From: Minisyncoccota bacterium
Lineage (GTDB): Bacteria > Patescibacteriota > Minisyncoccia > Phycocordibacterales > SW-6-46-9
Length of the DNA stretch: 64,000 nucleotides
Reading direction: 5' to 3'
NCBI GenBank assembly: GCA_040905385.1
Contig: JBBDRP010000002.1
Coordinates: 595,403 to 659,402 of the forward strand
Position numbers and translations under genes: made by a program. Positions 48,747 to 57,346 of this stretch are shown piece after piece; positions within the stretch are counted from its first letter, which is position 1; every line of letters starts with the position of its first letter. The notes under the pieces were generated by a model. The model worked only from the letters and a program-made list of their open reading frames with translations, ran no database searches and was not told where the DNA came from.

Positions 48747-49706
48747 CTACTCAGCGTCATCACGAAGTGTTCGCTCCACACCTTCCTCCTCAACAGAGAT
48801 CATCACGTCATGATCTGCCCGCAGACGAGCTGTTAGTTGTGCAAAGATATTTTCATCAACCTTCTGAGCTAAGAAGCTGTACCACGGATAATCCACAGTC
48901 ACCTCACCATTACTGGTGGCTCGGGCTGTTGCTGTCGCTTGCGTTGGAATAAAACCAAACAAACGCAGACGTGTTTTGTAGCGCACCTCGGTCGTCTCCT
49001 TGTCAGACGCAATATCAACCACGTCTTCGTTATCTAGCGCAGCCGATGCTACGCGCAGACCAAAGTCATTAGCGGTAGTTATCTCACTCGCGGCCTGTAA
49101 TCGAGACCGGACTTCTTCCTTCTGCTCCTCGCTCCATCCACGAACATCATCACCAGAAACCCGAATAGAAACATCAGCGCGTGTTGGTGGTTGGTTTGTG
49201 TCATCGTCATCATCACAATCATCTCCTGTACACACATCACCACGGACGCGAATCTCTACCCCTACATTCTGCAGTGGACTGTTTTCATCAATTGAAAGGG
49301 CTTCTATGAGTTTTGGTGTAGTTTTGTCAATCCGCTTCCCGGCTCTGGAAGTGCCATCAATAATCCCATCGTCATCACTATCAGCATCATTCGGATCAAT
49401 GGCTGCTGAAGTAGTGCTGTTTGATCGAGCATCAGCACCATCCGCTGCCCGTACATCACTATATCCATCGCCATCGGTATCTCCGTCATCTCTGACCGTC
49501 GACCGGTTAGAGCGAGAATTGTTATAATTAGCCTCTTGCTGTTCCGATGTTTGCTCGTCATCAGCCGTATCTGTATCACCCTCACTACGCACCTCTGTCT
49601 GCTGCTGCGCTTCAACACGAACATCTGTCTGTGCCTGCGTGATAAATGCACCCGTCAGAAAAACGGCGATAGTAAGTGCGGTAGTTATGATTAGTTTATT
49701 TTTCAT
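48747..49706 (-). CDS. Secreted acidic protein with Asp-rich Ca-binding-like repeats (TSP type 3-like)
   Basis: Signal; DDGDTDGDGYSD, DPNDADSDDDGIIDG, CTGDDCDDDDD. Confidence 0.45.
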   Translation of the reverse strand: MKNKLIITTALTIAVFLTGAFITQAQTDVRVEAQQQTEVRSEGDTDTADDEQTSEQQEANYNNSRSNRSTVRDDGDTDGDGYSDVRAADGADARSNSTTSAAIDPNDADSDDDGIIDGTSRAGKRIDKTTPKLIEALSIDENSPLQNVGVEIRVRGDVCTGDDCDDDDDTNQPPTRADVSIRVSGDDVRGWSEEQKEEVRSRLQAASEITTANDFGLRVASAALDNEDVVDIASDKETTEVRYKTRLRLFGFIPTQATATARATSNGEVTVDYPWYSFLAQKVDENIFAQLTARLRADHDVMISVEEEGVERTLRDDAE

Positions 49707-49823
49707 ATAAATAGTATATTTAAATCCATTAATTAGTCTTCCTTTATAGTAGCACGTATCTACTCGGGTGTTATAGACTTACTGGATTTTTTCTGGATCT
49801 GCTAGCCAGTATGGAGTAACCAT

Positions 49824-49854
49824 CAAAAAACCCACGCCATGTGGCGCGGTTTTT
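49824..49854. terminator. Bidirectional intrinsic terminator
   Basis: AAAAAACCCACGCCatgtGGCGCGGTTTTTT. Confidence 0.55.
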
Positions 49855-49886
49855 TGAGTCCTTGATATCCTTTATCAGAACTAACT

Positions 49887-50738
49887 CTAGCGACTATCCA
49901 TTCCCGTGTTAACAAACTTAATACACAGCCCCTGGTTCTTGAAGCCGTAATCTTCCCAACCACCCTTCATACAGTCCTCTTTCGTCTGCGGATTCAGCTG
50001 ACCAACATGCCAATGGGCAGCATAATCTCCGTTATCAAGGTTCGGGAATGTATCTTCACCATAGTTGTAGCTGTTCAGGAAGAACTCACGTAGGAAGTTT
50101 TCACCACCTGGTCCGCGAGCAACCTCGTCACCGTTGATGTAGAAGACGTACTCTTCAGTACTGGTAGCCAACTCGATGCCAAGCGTTACCCACTCGCCGT
50201 AGGTAAAGTCGGTGTCAAGGTTAGTCCAGCCGTTGGCTGAATCCCACACACGCCAGCCCTCGTGATCACCTTCAGCTGAGTCACCGGAATCACTTGGTTC
50301 CAGATTAACAAACTCGATAATGCCAAACCAGTTATCGCGGTTTCCAGCACCTTCATCACCAACCGTCCAGAATCCAGCGCGAACGGCCTGGTCCTGCCAG
50401 TCCTCATCAATATACAGGTCAACCTGCATAGCTGTACCAAAGTTTTGTATTTCATCTGCAGCCGTCTTTATTCCTTCTGTACGCTGGAATGTCCCCGGTG
50501 CAGTTTCTGAACTATCAATACCAATTCGCGCCACGTCATCACGCGCAAATGCCGACACCGAAGTCACACCATCAGTCGGAAATGCACGATCCGCTTCCCA
50601 GTCATTATCAAGCTCACTTTGCGTAAATTAATCTAACATCCCGAAATGACTGCTAGCCGCCACATACCCCACTCCAAACAATAAGAGAGTGGCAATAGCG
50701 GCCACTGTCACGGTCGTAGATCGTAATGCTGTTGTCAT
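49887..50738 (-). pseudogene. Secreted beta-sandwich (lectin/glycosidase-like) protein gene with an in-frame TAA between the signal peptide and the mature domain
   Basis: ATG at 50738 encodes MTTALRSTTVTVAAIATLLLFGVGYVAASSHFGMLD, then TAA at 50628-50630, then the same frame continues FTQSELDNDWEADRAFPTDGV-TSVSAFARDD... (track ORF 49887..50567 starts at a GTG). Confidence 0.5.
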
Positions 50739-50899
50739 AAATTATAGTAATGTTATTAGTAAAGAACACTCTTGGTGGTGATTACAGCTCCACCGTACTA
50801 GTTATTATAGTACCTTTTAAGAAAGAAAGGGTTGTATTTGTGGAAAAAACAACTTCCAAGGTAACTACTCTGGATTTATTTACAACTGTATCTATTTTT

Positions 50900-51050
50900 G
50901 CTACTTTTGATTTAGATTTCATTAATTTATGCGTGTGGGTTTTCCTTGGTTATTCCCCTTTGGCTGAGGTTTTTCTGCACGTTGTAAGGTGGGGTTTTAT
51001 CTCCGCCTCACCGGGTCGGCTGCCGAATTCTCGGTAGTCGACTTTTTTTA
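50900..51050. repeat. Copy B (part 1) of the twice-occurring intergenic module
   Basis: Homologous to 48493-48650; ends in a hairpin + T7 (51020-51050). Confidence 0.6.
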
Positions 51051-51140
51051 TTTTCAAGCAAGCACTTCTGTGCTAAATTACACGCAGATCTGTACCACTT
51101 TCCTTTGAGCGGTAAGAGCCATACCTTGCTTACCGATCAG

Positions 51141-51172
51141 GGCCACCTGGTTGCACAGGTGGCCTTTTTTTT
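51141..51172 (+). terminator. Strong plus-strand intrinsic terminator GGCCACCTG-gttgca-CAGGTGGCC + T8
   Basis: Perfect 9-bp GC-rich stem, 6-nt loop, T8; no plus-strand CDS upstream, which suggests a non-coding transcript. Confidence 0.65.
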
Positions 51173-51479
51173 ATTTCCTCTCCAGCATCTGCTGGCGGCG
51201 GACAACTATAAATGTACCAACCCACGAGCCCATCACCAACGGCACGAGGTATAGAATATTTTCCGTAAACGAAAAGATTCCAAAAGCGATGATTATGTAC
51301 ACCACCGCGCCGGATGTCGCTGCCGCCACTGGGCGCTTGTCGGCCACGGCGCTCGTATAGTAGGTATTCAGAGCATCAATGACGATATACGCGATAAAAA
51401 TCAGCAGTGCAATCAAGAAACTGAACTCAGCCCACAGCACCGGCAGCGATACGTCGATAAAATGAGTTACGTAATCCAT
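51171..51479 (-). CDS. Small membrane protein
   Basis: 3 TM; the C-terminus ...GTFIVVRRQQMLERK is duplicated as a remnant at 48636-48700. Confidence 0.4.
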   Translation of the reverse strand: MDYVTHFIDVSLPVLWAEFSFLIALLIFIAYIVIDALNTYYTSAVADKRPVAAATSGAVVYIIIAFGIFSFTENILYLVPLVMGSWVGTFIVVRRQQMLERK

Positions 51480-51535
51480 GTCGACATTATGCCATAAGCT
51501 AAGTTCGGCTCGAGTTTTCGGCGGTCTCGTCTATA

Positions 51536-52261
51536 ATGGACAGCGCAGAGATACCGACACATATGGAAACAATGCCGCTACAAAAGTACCTCGCCCACAA
51601 TGGTTACGGCTCGCGTCGCGACAGCGAAGAGCTGATTCGTGATGGCCGCGTACTGGTCAATGGATCAGTCGCCGAACTGGGCGCCTACGTCGACCCGACA
51701 GACACCGTCGAGGTACCCGACTTCGTCCCCCGCGAGCCCGAGACCTGGGCCTTCTACAAACCCCGCGGAATTGTGACGGTAAATGCCCAGCGCGATAACA
51801 AAGAAATAGCCGACATCACTGACCTGCCCGATGATGTGGTGCCGATCGGCCGACTAGACAAAGACTCCGAGGGCCTGATTCTACTTTCAAACAACAGCCG
51901 CCTGCCGCAGCAGATCCTCGGCTCCGGTGTCGAGAAGGAGTACTTTGTCGAGGTAGACAAAAAGATCACCCACGGCTTCCTGGTCGAGGTTAGAGGCGGC
52001 GTCAGCATCAAGATTCCGGACCGTGGCGGCAATATGCACTGGTACACCACGAAAAAGACCAAGGCCCGCCGCACCAGCCAGACGAGCTTCGAGATCATCC
52101 TGACCGAAGGTAAGAACCGCCAGATCCGTCGCATGTGCGCCGCACTTGGCTACGGCATCCGCACGCTGCGACGCTTCCGCATCGGCGACATTCGCCTCGA
52201 CGGCCTCCAGTCTAGCGAGATGCGAAAGCTTGATTTAGATACAGAGGATAGGGTGTTTTAA
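51536..52261 (+). CDS. rRNA pseudouridine synthase (RsuA/RluB/RluF family)
   Basis: S4-like N-terminus (LQKYLAHNGYGSRRDSEELIRDGRVLVNG) and catalytic GRLDKDSEGLILLSNN. Confidence 0.8.
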   Translation: MDSAEIPTHMETMPLQKYLAHNGYGSRRDSEELIRDGRVLVNGSVAELGAYVDPTDTVEVPDFVPREPETWAFYKPRGIVTVNAQRDNKEIADITDLPDDVVPIGRLDKDSEGLILLSNNSRLPQQILGSGVEKEYFVEVDKKITHGFLVEVRGGVSIKIPDRGGNMHWYTTKKTKARRTSQTSFEIILTEGKNRQIRRMCAALGYGIRTLRRFRIGDIRLDGLQSSEMRKLDLDTEDRVF

Positions 52262-52847
52262 AGCTCGACTGCTTCGGTGTTATATAAGAAAAGAGTGTGC
52301 GAGGTAATAGACAAAGGCGCCGAGTGAACCCCACCAGCCGATGATGGAGATAATGAAGCTCGCTATAATCTTGTGCTGAAGTGGTTGCGGAAGCAGTTCT
52401 GTATCCTTTCCTTTCTTCTCTTGTTTGATGAGATACGGACTTACTACAAAAGACAGAAATAGACCGTTGAGTATCAGCACTACCGCGGCGATGGCATGCG
52501 TATACACCATCCACGAGACCGGCTGCGTACTGTAGAAAATTACGCCGCCAATAATACCCAAGGTGATACCAAGCCAAATGAGCGGCTTAGTTACCTTGTG
52601 CGCCCGGATGGTCGCTTTCGTCCAGTAACCGGACGTACGTGCTAAAAATCCATGCACATCAATCACCGTTACCGCTCCAAGGCCGATGATATAGCCGGCG
52701 AGAAGTATAAAGAGACCGATAAATTCTAAAGAAATATCTAGTGTCATGATTTTTTATTATAGCATTTCTTAAACTACAGCCCGCCGGTCTCCAGCCGGCG
52801 AGATACGCAAGCTGGATTTAGATACAGAGGATAGGGTGTTTTAAGGC
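52224..52847. repeat. 41-bp direct repeats (52224-52264 and 52807-52847) flanking a 540-bp insert that carries gene 52280..52747
   Basis: gaaagcttgatttagatacagaggatagggtgttttaaagct vs gcaagctggatttagatacagaggatagggtgttttaaggct; the first copy is the 3' end of the pseudouridine synthase gene. Confidence 0.65.
52280..52747 (-). CDS. Membrane protein (4-5 TM) carried on the insert between the direct repeats
   Basis: 155 aa, hydrophobic. Confidence 0.4.
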   Translation of the reverse strand: MTLDISLEFIGLFILLAGYIIGLGAVTVIDVHGFLARTSGYWTKATIRAHKVTKPLIWLGITLGIIGGVIFYSTQPVSWMVYTHAIAAVVLILNGLFLSFVVSPYLIKQEKKGKDTELLPQPLQHKIIASFIISIIGWWGSLGAFVYYLAHSFLI

Positions 52848-52905
52848 TTAAACTCTTAAATATCTGCAATAGAAGCAACTTTCATTGCTCTCCTGTACCC
52901 ATTGT

Positions 52906-54366
52906 TTATAAGGCTGAAGATGTGAAAATATCGCCCGATGGCAAGAACTCCAACCGATACTCGCGACCAAGTCCTCGAAACTCTTCGGATTCTTCATGAA
53001 TCAAAAGCGAGCTAAAATCCTCTTCCCACTTTACGCCGTCACAGCCCGAATCAAACGGAAATCCATTCAGCACAATCTGTCGCTTCTCTTGTGGGTTCAA
53101 AAGCAGTACCTCACAAGCCTCGCCGTCTTCAATCGTGTTAGCCACTGCCAACCATGGCTTGCCCTCGGTAACATCAGCCCCAAGTTCGCTGGTTGTCATC
53201 GGGTTATACTCACCGCCGTTGAAACGATCATGGGGTACAGTGATCGGCTGTATCTTCTGTTCTTCCGTATCATAAACCCGCATATTTTTACTATAAATAT
53301 TAACTAGCAGAGCGTGCTCATTATCAAGCCAGCGGATCATTCGGCCGGGGTTAGAAAACGTCTTGGCTTCTCTGGTAGTAGCATCATAAACAAATAAGTC
53401 TTCGCACAAACCATCTATAGACAGCTGGCTAGCATACTTTGTGTTATCTGGGGAAAATGTCCTTGGCGCACTGAAGTCATATGTGCAGACATTACTACTT
53501 TCAGCCAAAACCTCCCCAGAACTGTCACGAAATTGAACATACGTTTCGCCAGTTACTGAATTATCATATATGAAAAATTCACCATCAACGTCTGCTGATT
53601 TTGGCACCACAGTTAAGCCAGATGTACCCGGCCGTTGATTATTTCGGGACGCTGAACTTCCGCCATTGAAATGATACAGACGGCTTGCAGTGCCGGTAAA
53701 CTGCACATTGAAAATATCCGAATGCTCTGACACATCATACGTTACCGACGTTATCTCACCTTCGGCCGCTCGACGTTCTATACCACCCTGAATAATGGCC
53801 GGTGCACTTAGAAGATATCCCAAAAGCGGCCATATCATTATCGCCAGCACAGCTGCTAGCAACGAATGCATCACACGACTCTTGCTCAAGTACCGATACA
53901 CTGGAAGCAGCCACCAAGAGATGAGCCAGGACATCCCACCAGCAGTAATCATAGCAAAAAATGGAATGATGAAGAGAGCTCCTGCGAGACCACTTTGCGG
54001 AAATAGTGTGGCCGTAATGTCATTTCCGACCAAGCTAAAGAAATGACCGTAAAAAAGTAGAAAAGAACCAATTGTCATCAGTGCAGCTAGGCAGATAAAG
54101 AATCGTGTGTAACCATTCTTCCATCGCCGGCGAACATAAATAGCAATTGCAGAAACCACCACACCTATAGCTAGCAAAATCAACCCGGTAGTGAAGGCAT
54201 CTTCCAGCCCAACAAGATTCTCTACGAAAAATGGAAAGCCAAAGTAAGGTACGACAAAGGCTCCGATCAAAAAGATACCCACTACAATAGTGCGAACGAT
54301 AGGAAAATTAGCCTTGTCCGATTGATTGGCTAATTCCGGAGCCTGTTGTGCATCTGGTGTATTCAT
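52906..54366 (-). CDS. Large membrane protein: N-terminal polytopic domain + C-terminal beta-propeller-like periplasmic domain
   Basis: About 10 TM then a TolB/WD40-like low-complexity pattern (YDVSEHSDIFNVQF...VYDTEEQKIQPI...). Confidence 0.4.
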   Translation of the reverse strand: MNTPDAQQAPELANQSDKANFPIVRTIVVGIFLIGAFVVPYFGFPFFVENLVGLEDAFTTGLILLAIGVVVSAIAIYVRRRWKNGYTRFFICLAALMTIGSFLLFYGHFFSLVGNDITATLFPQSGLAGALFIIPFFAMITAGGMSWLISWWLLPVYRYLSKSRVMHSLLAAVLAIMIWPLLGYLLSAPAIIQGGIERRAAEGEITSVTYDVSEHSDIFNVQFTGTASRLYHFNGGSSASRNNQRPGTSGLTVVPKSADVDGEFFIYDNSVTGETYVQFRDSSGEVLAESSNVCTYDFSAPRTFSPDNTKYASQLSIDGLCEDLFVYDATTREAKTFSNPGRMIRWLDNEHALLVNIYSKNMRVYDTEEQKIQPITVPHDRFNGGEYNPMTTSELGADVTEGKPWLAVANTIEDGEACEVLLLNPQEKRQIVLNGFPFDSGCDGVKWEEDFSSLLIHEESEEFRGLGREYRLEFLPSGDIFTSSAL

Positions 54367-54425
54367 ATATTTATTGTAGCGTAGTTTTTGGTGTTACATA
54401 ATAGCTACTAGTAGCTATTTTATGA

Positions 54426-55043
54426 TTATTTATCTTGAGACAATTCTCTAAATTCAGCAATAATTTCATCCGGACCTTCCTCGCGAGCAATCTCCAGAGC
54501 ACGGAAATAATCGGTTGCCTCTTTATAAATTGTATCCTTAACATCAATATCAGGAGCCAAGTCACCGAGTATCCGTATCAAAAGCGCATAAATAATTATG
54601 TGATTCTGGGTCAACTTTGATTCATCTACCCATTTCTCGCGTACCTTACTCCAGTAATTTCCTACGCAGGGTACAGCTTCTCTGTCACCGGCAAACCGAT
54701 GTAGAAGCTCATGAATTACCAACTCCGTACGCTTGTCACGACCTTGCCCTTCCAGTGACATCACCGGCAGGATAAGTGGTGTCGACATAGCTCCCAATCC
54801 ACCACCAATCACAAAAACCTCAATATCACGTGGGTACGTAATACCAGTAATATCAATTATCTTTTTTATAACGGAGTCGTCTTTATTTATTTCAGACCAC
54901 AACTCTCGCCAAATCTGCACTTCCTTATTTACTCTTTTCTTACTTGGGTACCCTTCAAGATCTTTCCGCTTGAAAAGCTGCCGCCGATTACGATCCAGCG
55001 GATAGGCATACTTGAATACAACTTGTGGGATACGTTCTGACAT
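54426..55043 (-). CDS. Hypothetical protein with an HEXXH motif (possible metallopeptidase-like)
   Basis: TELVIHELLHRF. Confidence 0.35.
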   Translation of the reverse strand: MSERIPQVVFKYAYPLDRNRRQLFKRKDLEGYPSKKRVNKEVQIWRELWSEINKDDSVIKKIIDITGITYPRDIEVFVIGGGLGAMSTPLILPVMSLEGQGRDKRTELVIHELLHRFAGDREAVPCVGNYWSKVREKWVDESKLTQNHIIIYALLIRILGDLAPDIDVKDTIYKEATDYFRALEIAREEGPDEIIAEFRELSQDK

Positions 55044-55073
55044 ATACCCATTATGACATAGCTTACTTGGGTC

Positions 55074-55108
55074 TGTTATATAACAGATTTTTTGGTGTTA
55101 TATAACAA
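55074..55108. promoter_or_regulatory. Two tandem copies of the 12-bp palindrome TGTTATATAACA (operator-like) upstream of gene 54426..55043
   Basis: 55074-55085 and 55097-55108; a third copy at 57285-57296 and a near-copy at 52278-52289. Confidence 0.5.
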
Positions 55109-55123
55109 AATTTACGTATTATC

Positions 55124-55363
55124 TTAATCATCATATTTTGCTTCTGCCCAGGCTTTTATTTTATTGACCGTATCAAACCCATCACCATCAAGGTTATCAA
55201 CGAGATTTTTCAGCGTGATGGTGTACTCCATGCCGTCAGCCGTAAAATAAAATTTGTTTTTCGAATACTGAAACTGAACTCCGGCTTCAGCCCCGCTTAA
55301 ATTCTTCTCACGTGCTTCATCGTACATTTCCAGCAACGCCTCGGCCTTCTGTTTGTTATACAT
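55124..55363 (-). CDS. Small hypothetical protein
   Basis: 79 aa. Confidence 0.35.
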   Translation of the reverse strand: MYNKQKAEALLEMYDEAREKNLSGAEAGVQFQYSKNKFYFTADGMEYTITLKNLVDNLDGDGFDTVNKIKAWAEAKYDD

Positions 55364-55405
55364 ATTTTATGTAGTTATATTAAAACTTGTAGAATTTTGA
55401 TTCAT

Positions 55406-55927
55406 TTACATGTCAGAGCCGTCTTCAGAGACAGCTGCGCGTATACTCTCTGAGATACTGGCTACATCAAAGCTTCCGTGATTTTCAATACGTAGTAGCG
55501 GTAGACCTACCTCATCGAGAATCCGCTCAACCTCCTCATCACGGGCGATACGGTCTTTGCGACTGTGGCTTTTGTCATCTAACTCAATCACCAAACGTGG
55601 TGAAAGGTAATCTTTGTCACATAGTACAAAATCAACTGACTTACGATCAATATGAGCTAACGCGCCCTGCCAGTTTTGACCTTTCACTTTATGATCAATA
55701 ATTGTAGATAGATGTACCTGCGGAAAAATAACATAGTCATCCGCCACTGCATCCTGAAGCACATCGTAAAAATCATGCTCCGCTCGAGTCATGAAGTATT
55801 TCTTGCGCTGATAGTTATAGGATGCCACCTCTTTCTCTTTTCTCTTGCCTCCGTTCTCAATATACTGCTTCGCATATCCAATTAAAATAATAACCGCAAC
55901 GAGAACAAATATTGTAATTATATCCAT
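55406..55927 (-). CDS. DUF2726-like (restriction endonuclease-fold) protein with N-terminal TM
   Basis: FMTRAEHDFYDVLQDAVADDYVIFPQVHLSTI...IDRKSVDFVLCDKDYLSPRLVIELDDKSH...GLPLLRI matches the DUF2726 pattern from memory. Confidence 0.55.
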   Translation of the reverse strand: MDIITIFVLVAVIILIGYAKQYIENGGKRKEKEVASYNYQRKKYFMTRAEHDFYDVLQDAVADDYVIFPQVHLSTIIDHKVKGQNWQGALAHIDRKSVDFVLCDKDYLSPRLVIELDDKSHSRKDRIARDEEVERILDEVGLPLLRIENHGSFDVASISESIRAAVSEDGSDM

Positions 55928-56037
55928 GATTTAAGTTATGAACGTAACTAAATCATACCATCATTCTGAAGGCTTTCAGTGGCTAATACCTTGATATACG
56001 AATCTCTTGCCCTTATTTTAGGGCTAATATTAGGCTC

Positions 56038-56069
56038 GCTAAATAACTCAACCGGTTGAGTTATTTAAC
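56038..56069. repeat. Second copy of the GCTAAATAACTCA...TGAGTTATTTA hairpin (compare 35015-35046)
   Basis: GCTAAATAACTCAA-ccgg-TTGAGTTATTTAAC, overlapping the stop of 56061..56360. Confidence 0.5.
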
Positions 56070-56360
56070 CTCGTAGTGGACAGAGCGGCCAGAGGTGCCA
56101 ATCTGCTCGATTAGGTCCTCGGCTTCGAGCGCGTCCAAATATCGGGTCGCCGTCGCGTGTGATAAATCCAAAAGTGCCTCGACATCATCATTAGTGATAG
56201 TGTCATGATCATCCAGGTACGCGACCAGCCGCTCGATATTATCTTTCTTCTCTGTCTGGCTGCGCTGGATCAATGACGCATCTTCGCTGGCACCGTTAAC
56301 CTGCAAATATATGAGCGCACCACCAACCCCGACAATTATTCCCATGAGAAAGTAAAGCAT
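56061..56360 (-). CDS. Membrane-anchored winged-helix DNA-binding protein
   Basis: N-terminal TM (YFLMGIIVGVGGALIYL) + C-terminal wHTH (TNDDVEALLDLSHATATRYLDALEAEDLIEQ). Confidence 0.5.
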   Translation of the reverse strand: MLYFLMGIIVGVGGALIYLQVNGASEDASLIQRSQTEKKDNIERLVAYLDDHDTITNDDVEALLDLSHATATRYLDALEAEDLIEQIGTSGRSVHYEVK

Positions 56361-56375
56361 AATAATTTTATTATA

Positions 56376-56867
56376 TCAGTTTAAAATATTCCGAAATGTT
56401 TCTAACATTTTAGCGGAGAAGTCAGTTCTATAAAATATGCTTCTTTCACCGTATCTCCACCCTACCTTGTTGTCATTTCTCTCTAGTATTGGCAAAGCAA
56501 AGAAGCCGTATTTATAGTTATCATTCATCTTTTCATGTTTAGCAAGAGGTATCCTAACTTCTCTTATTTCTTGATAAAGAGAGTTGTATTCATCTTTATT
56601 GCCGAATGTCTTTAGTATTCGTAAGATCTCATTAGCATCTACTATCCATAGATAAGAATGATATACCAAATTATTTAACTTATATGGATCCGACTGAAAA
56701 ACATTTAGAGATGCATCTTGCTCACGGTGAATTAAGTCAGCATCAAATCGTCCTAAATTCTGAATTCGTGCCATTATATGAGGATCTGGAGAAGATGACT
56801 GATTAAAATCAGCGAACTCATGAGACAATTCTATCCAATATTTTTCTATTGTTTTTGGTTTATTCAT
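56376..56867 (-). CDS. Hypothetical protein co-transcribed with the TM-wHTH gene (15-nt gap)
   Basis: 163 aa, no recognised motif. Confidence 0.4.
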   Translation of the reverse strand: MNKPKTIEKYWIELSHEFADFNQSSSPDPHIMARIQNLGRFDADLIHREQDASLNVFQSDPYKLNNLVYHSYLWIVDANEILRILKTFGNKDEYNSLYQEIREVRIPLAKHEKMNDNYKYGFFALPILERNDNKVGWRYGERSIFYRTDFSAKMLETFRNILN

Positions 56868-56965
56868 TAAATTCTGTATGTGTCCAGCTTTTTATTTTAC
56901 TAACTTCATCGTAACCATCTCCCTCTAGCCAGTTTATCACCACAAACTCATGTTACTATTTACAT

Positions 56966-57172
56966 ATGGAAACTTCTCAAACCTTAAGCAAGTGGCTGAT
57001 TCGCGTCTACGTGCTGGCTATTCTGGTTATAGTAGTGGGCAATATTCTTGAGGGCGCCGTCTTTACGATCATCATTACGCTACTGGGTATACTGATAATC
57101 ACCCAGACATTCCTGCTGCCGAAGCGTAAAACTGAGCCGAGCAAAGAGAGCGAAGAAACAAAACACCACTAA
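56966..57172 (+). CDS. Small membrane protein
   Basis: 68 aa, 2 TM. Confidence 0.3.
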   Translation: METSQTLSKWLIRVYVLAILVIVVGNILEGAVFTIIITLLGILIITQTFLLPKRKTEPSKESEETKHH

Positions 57173-57346
57173 GCAACTAAACGAGTGGTGAAATGAAGAT
57201 CTCAACTGAGCGACACTCGATGTTGCACAGCTTCGAGAGATATCCCTAGGCTTTGGCCCAGGGATCTTTTAGCACCTCCTCGTCTGTTATATAACAAAAC
57301 TTTTTCTTAAGTGATCTCCTTTAAATATTAGAAACTTTGAGACTTA

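Noticed and set aside
50750-51360. Track ORFs 50750..51037 (+) and 51151..51360 (+)
   Set aside because: They lie within the duplicated intergenic module and across terminator hairpins. The translations are low-complexity, and the homologous copy at 48469..48726 has a different frame history, so they are unlikely to be real proteins.
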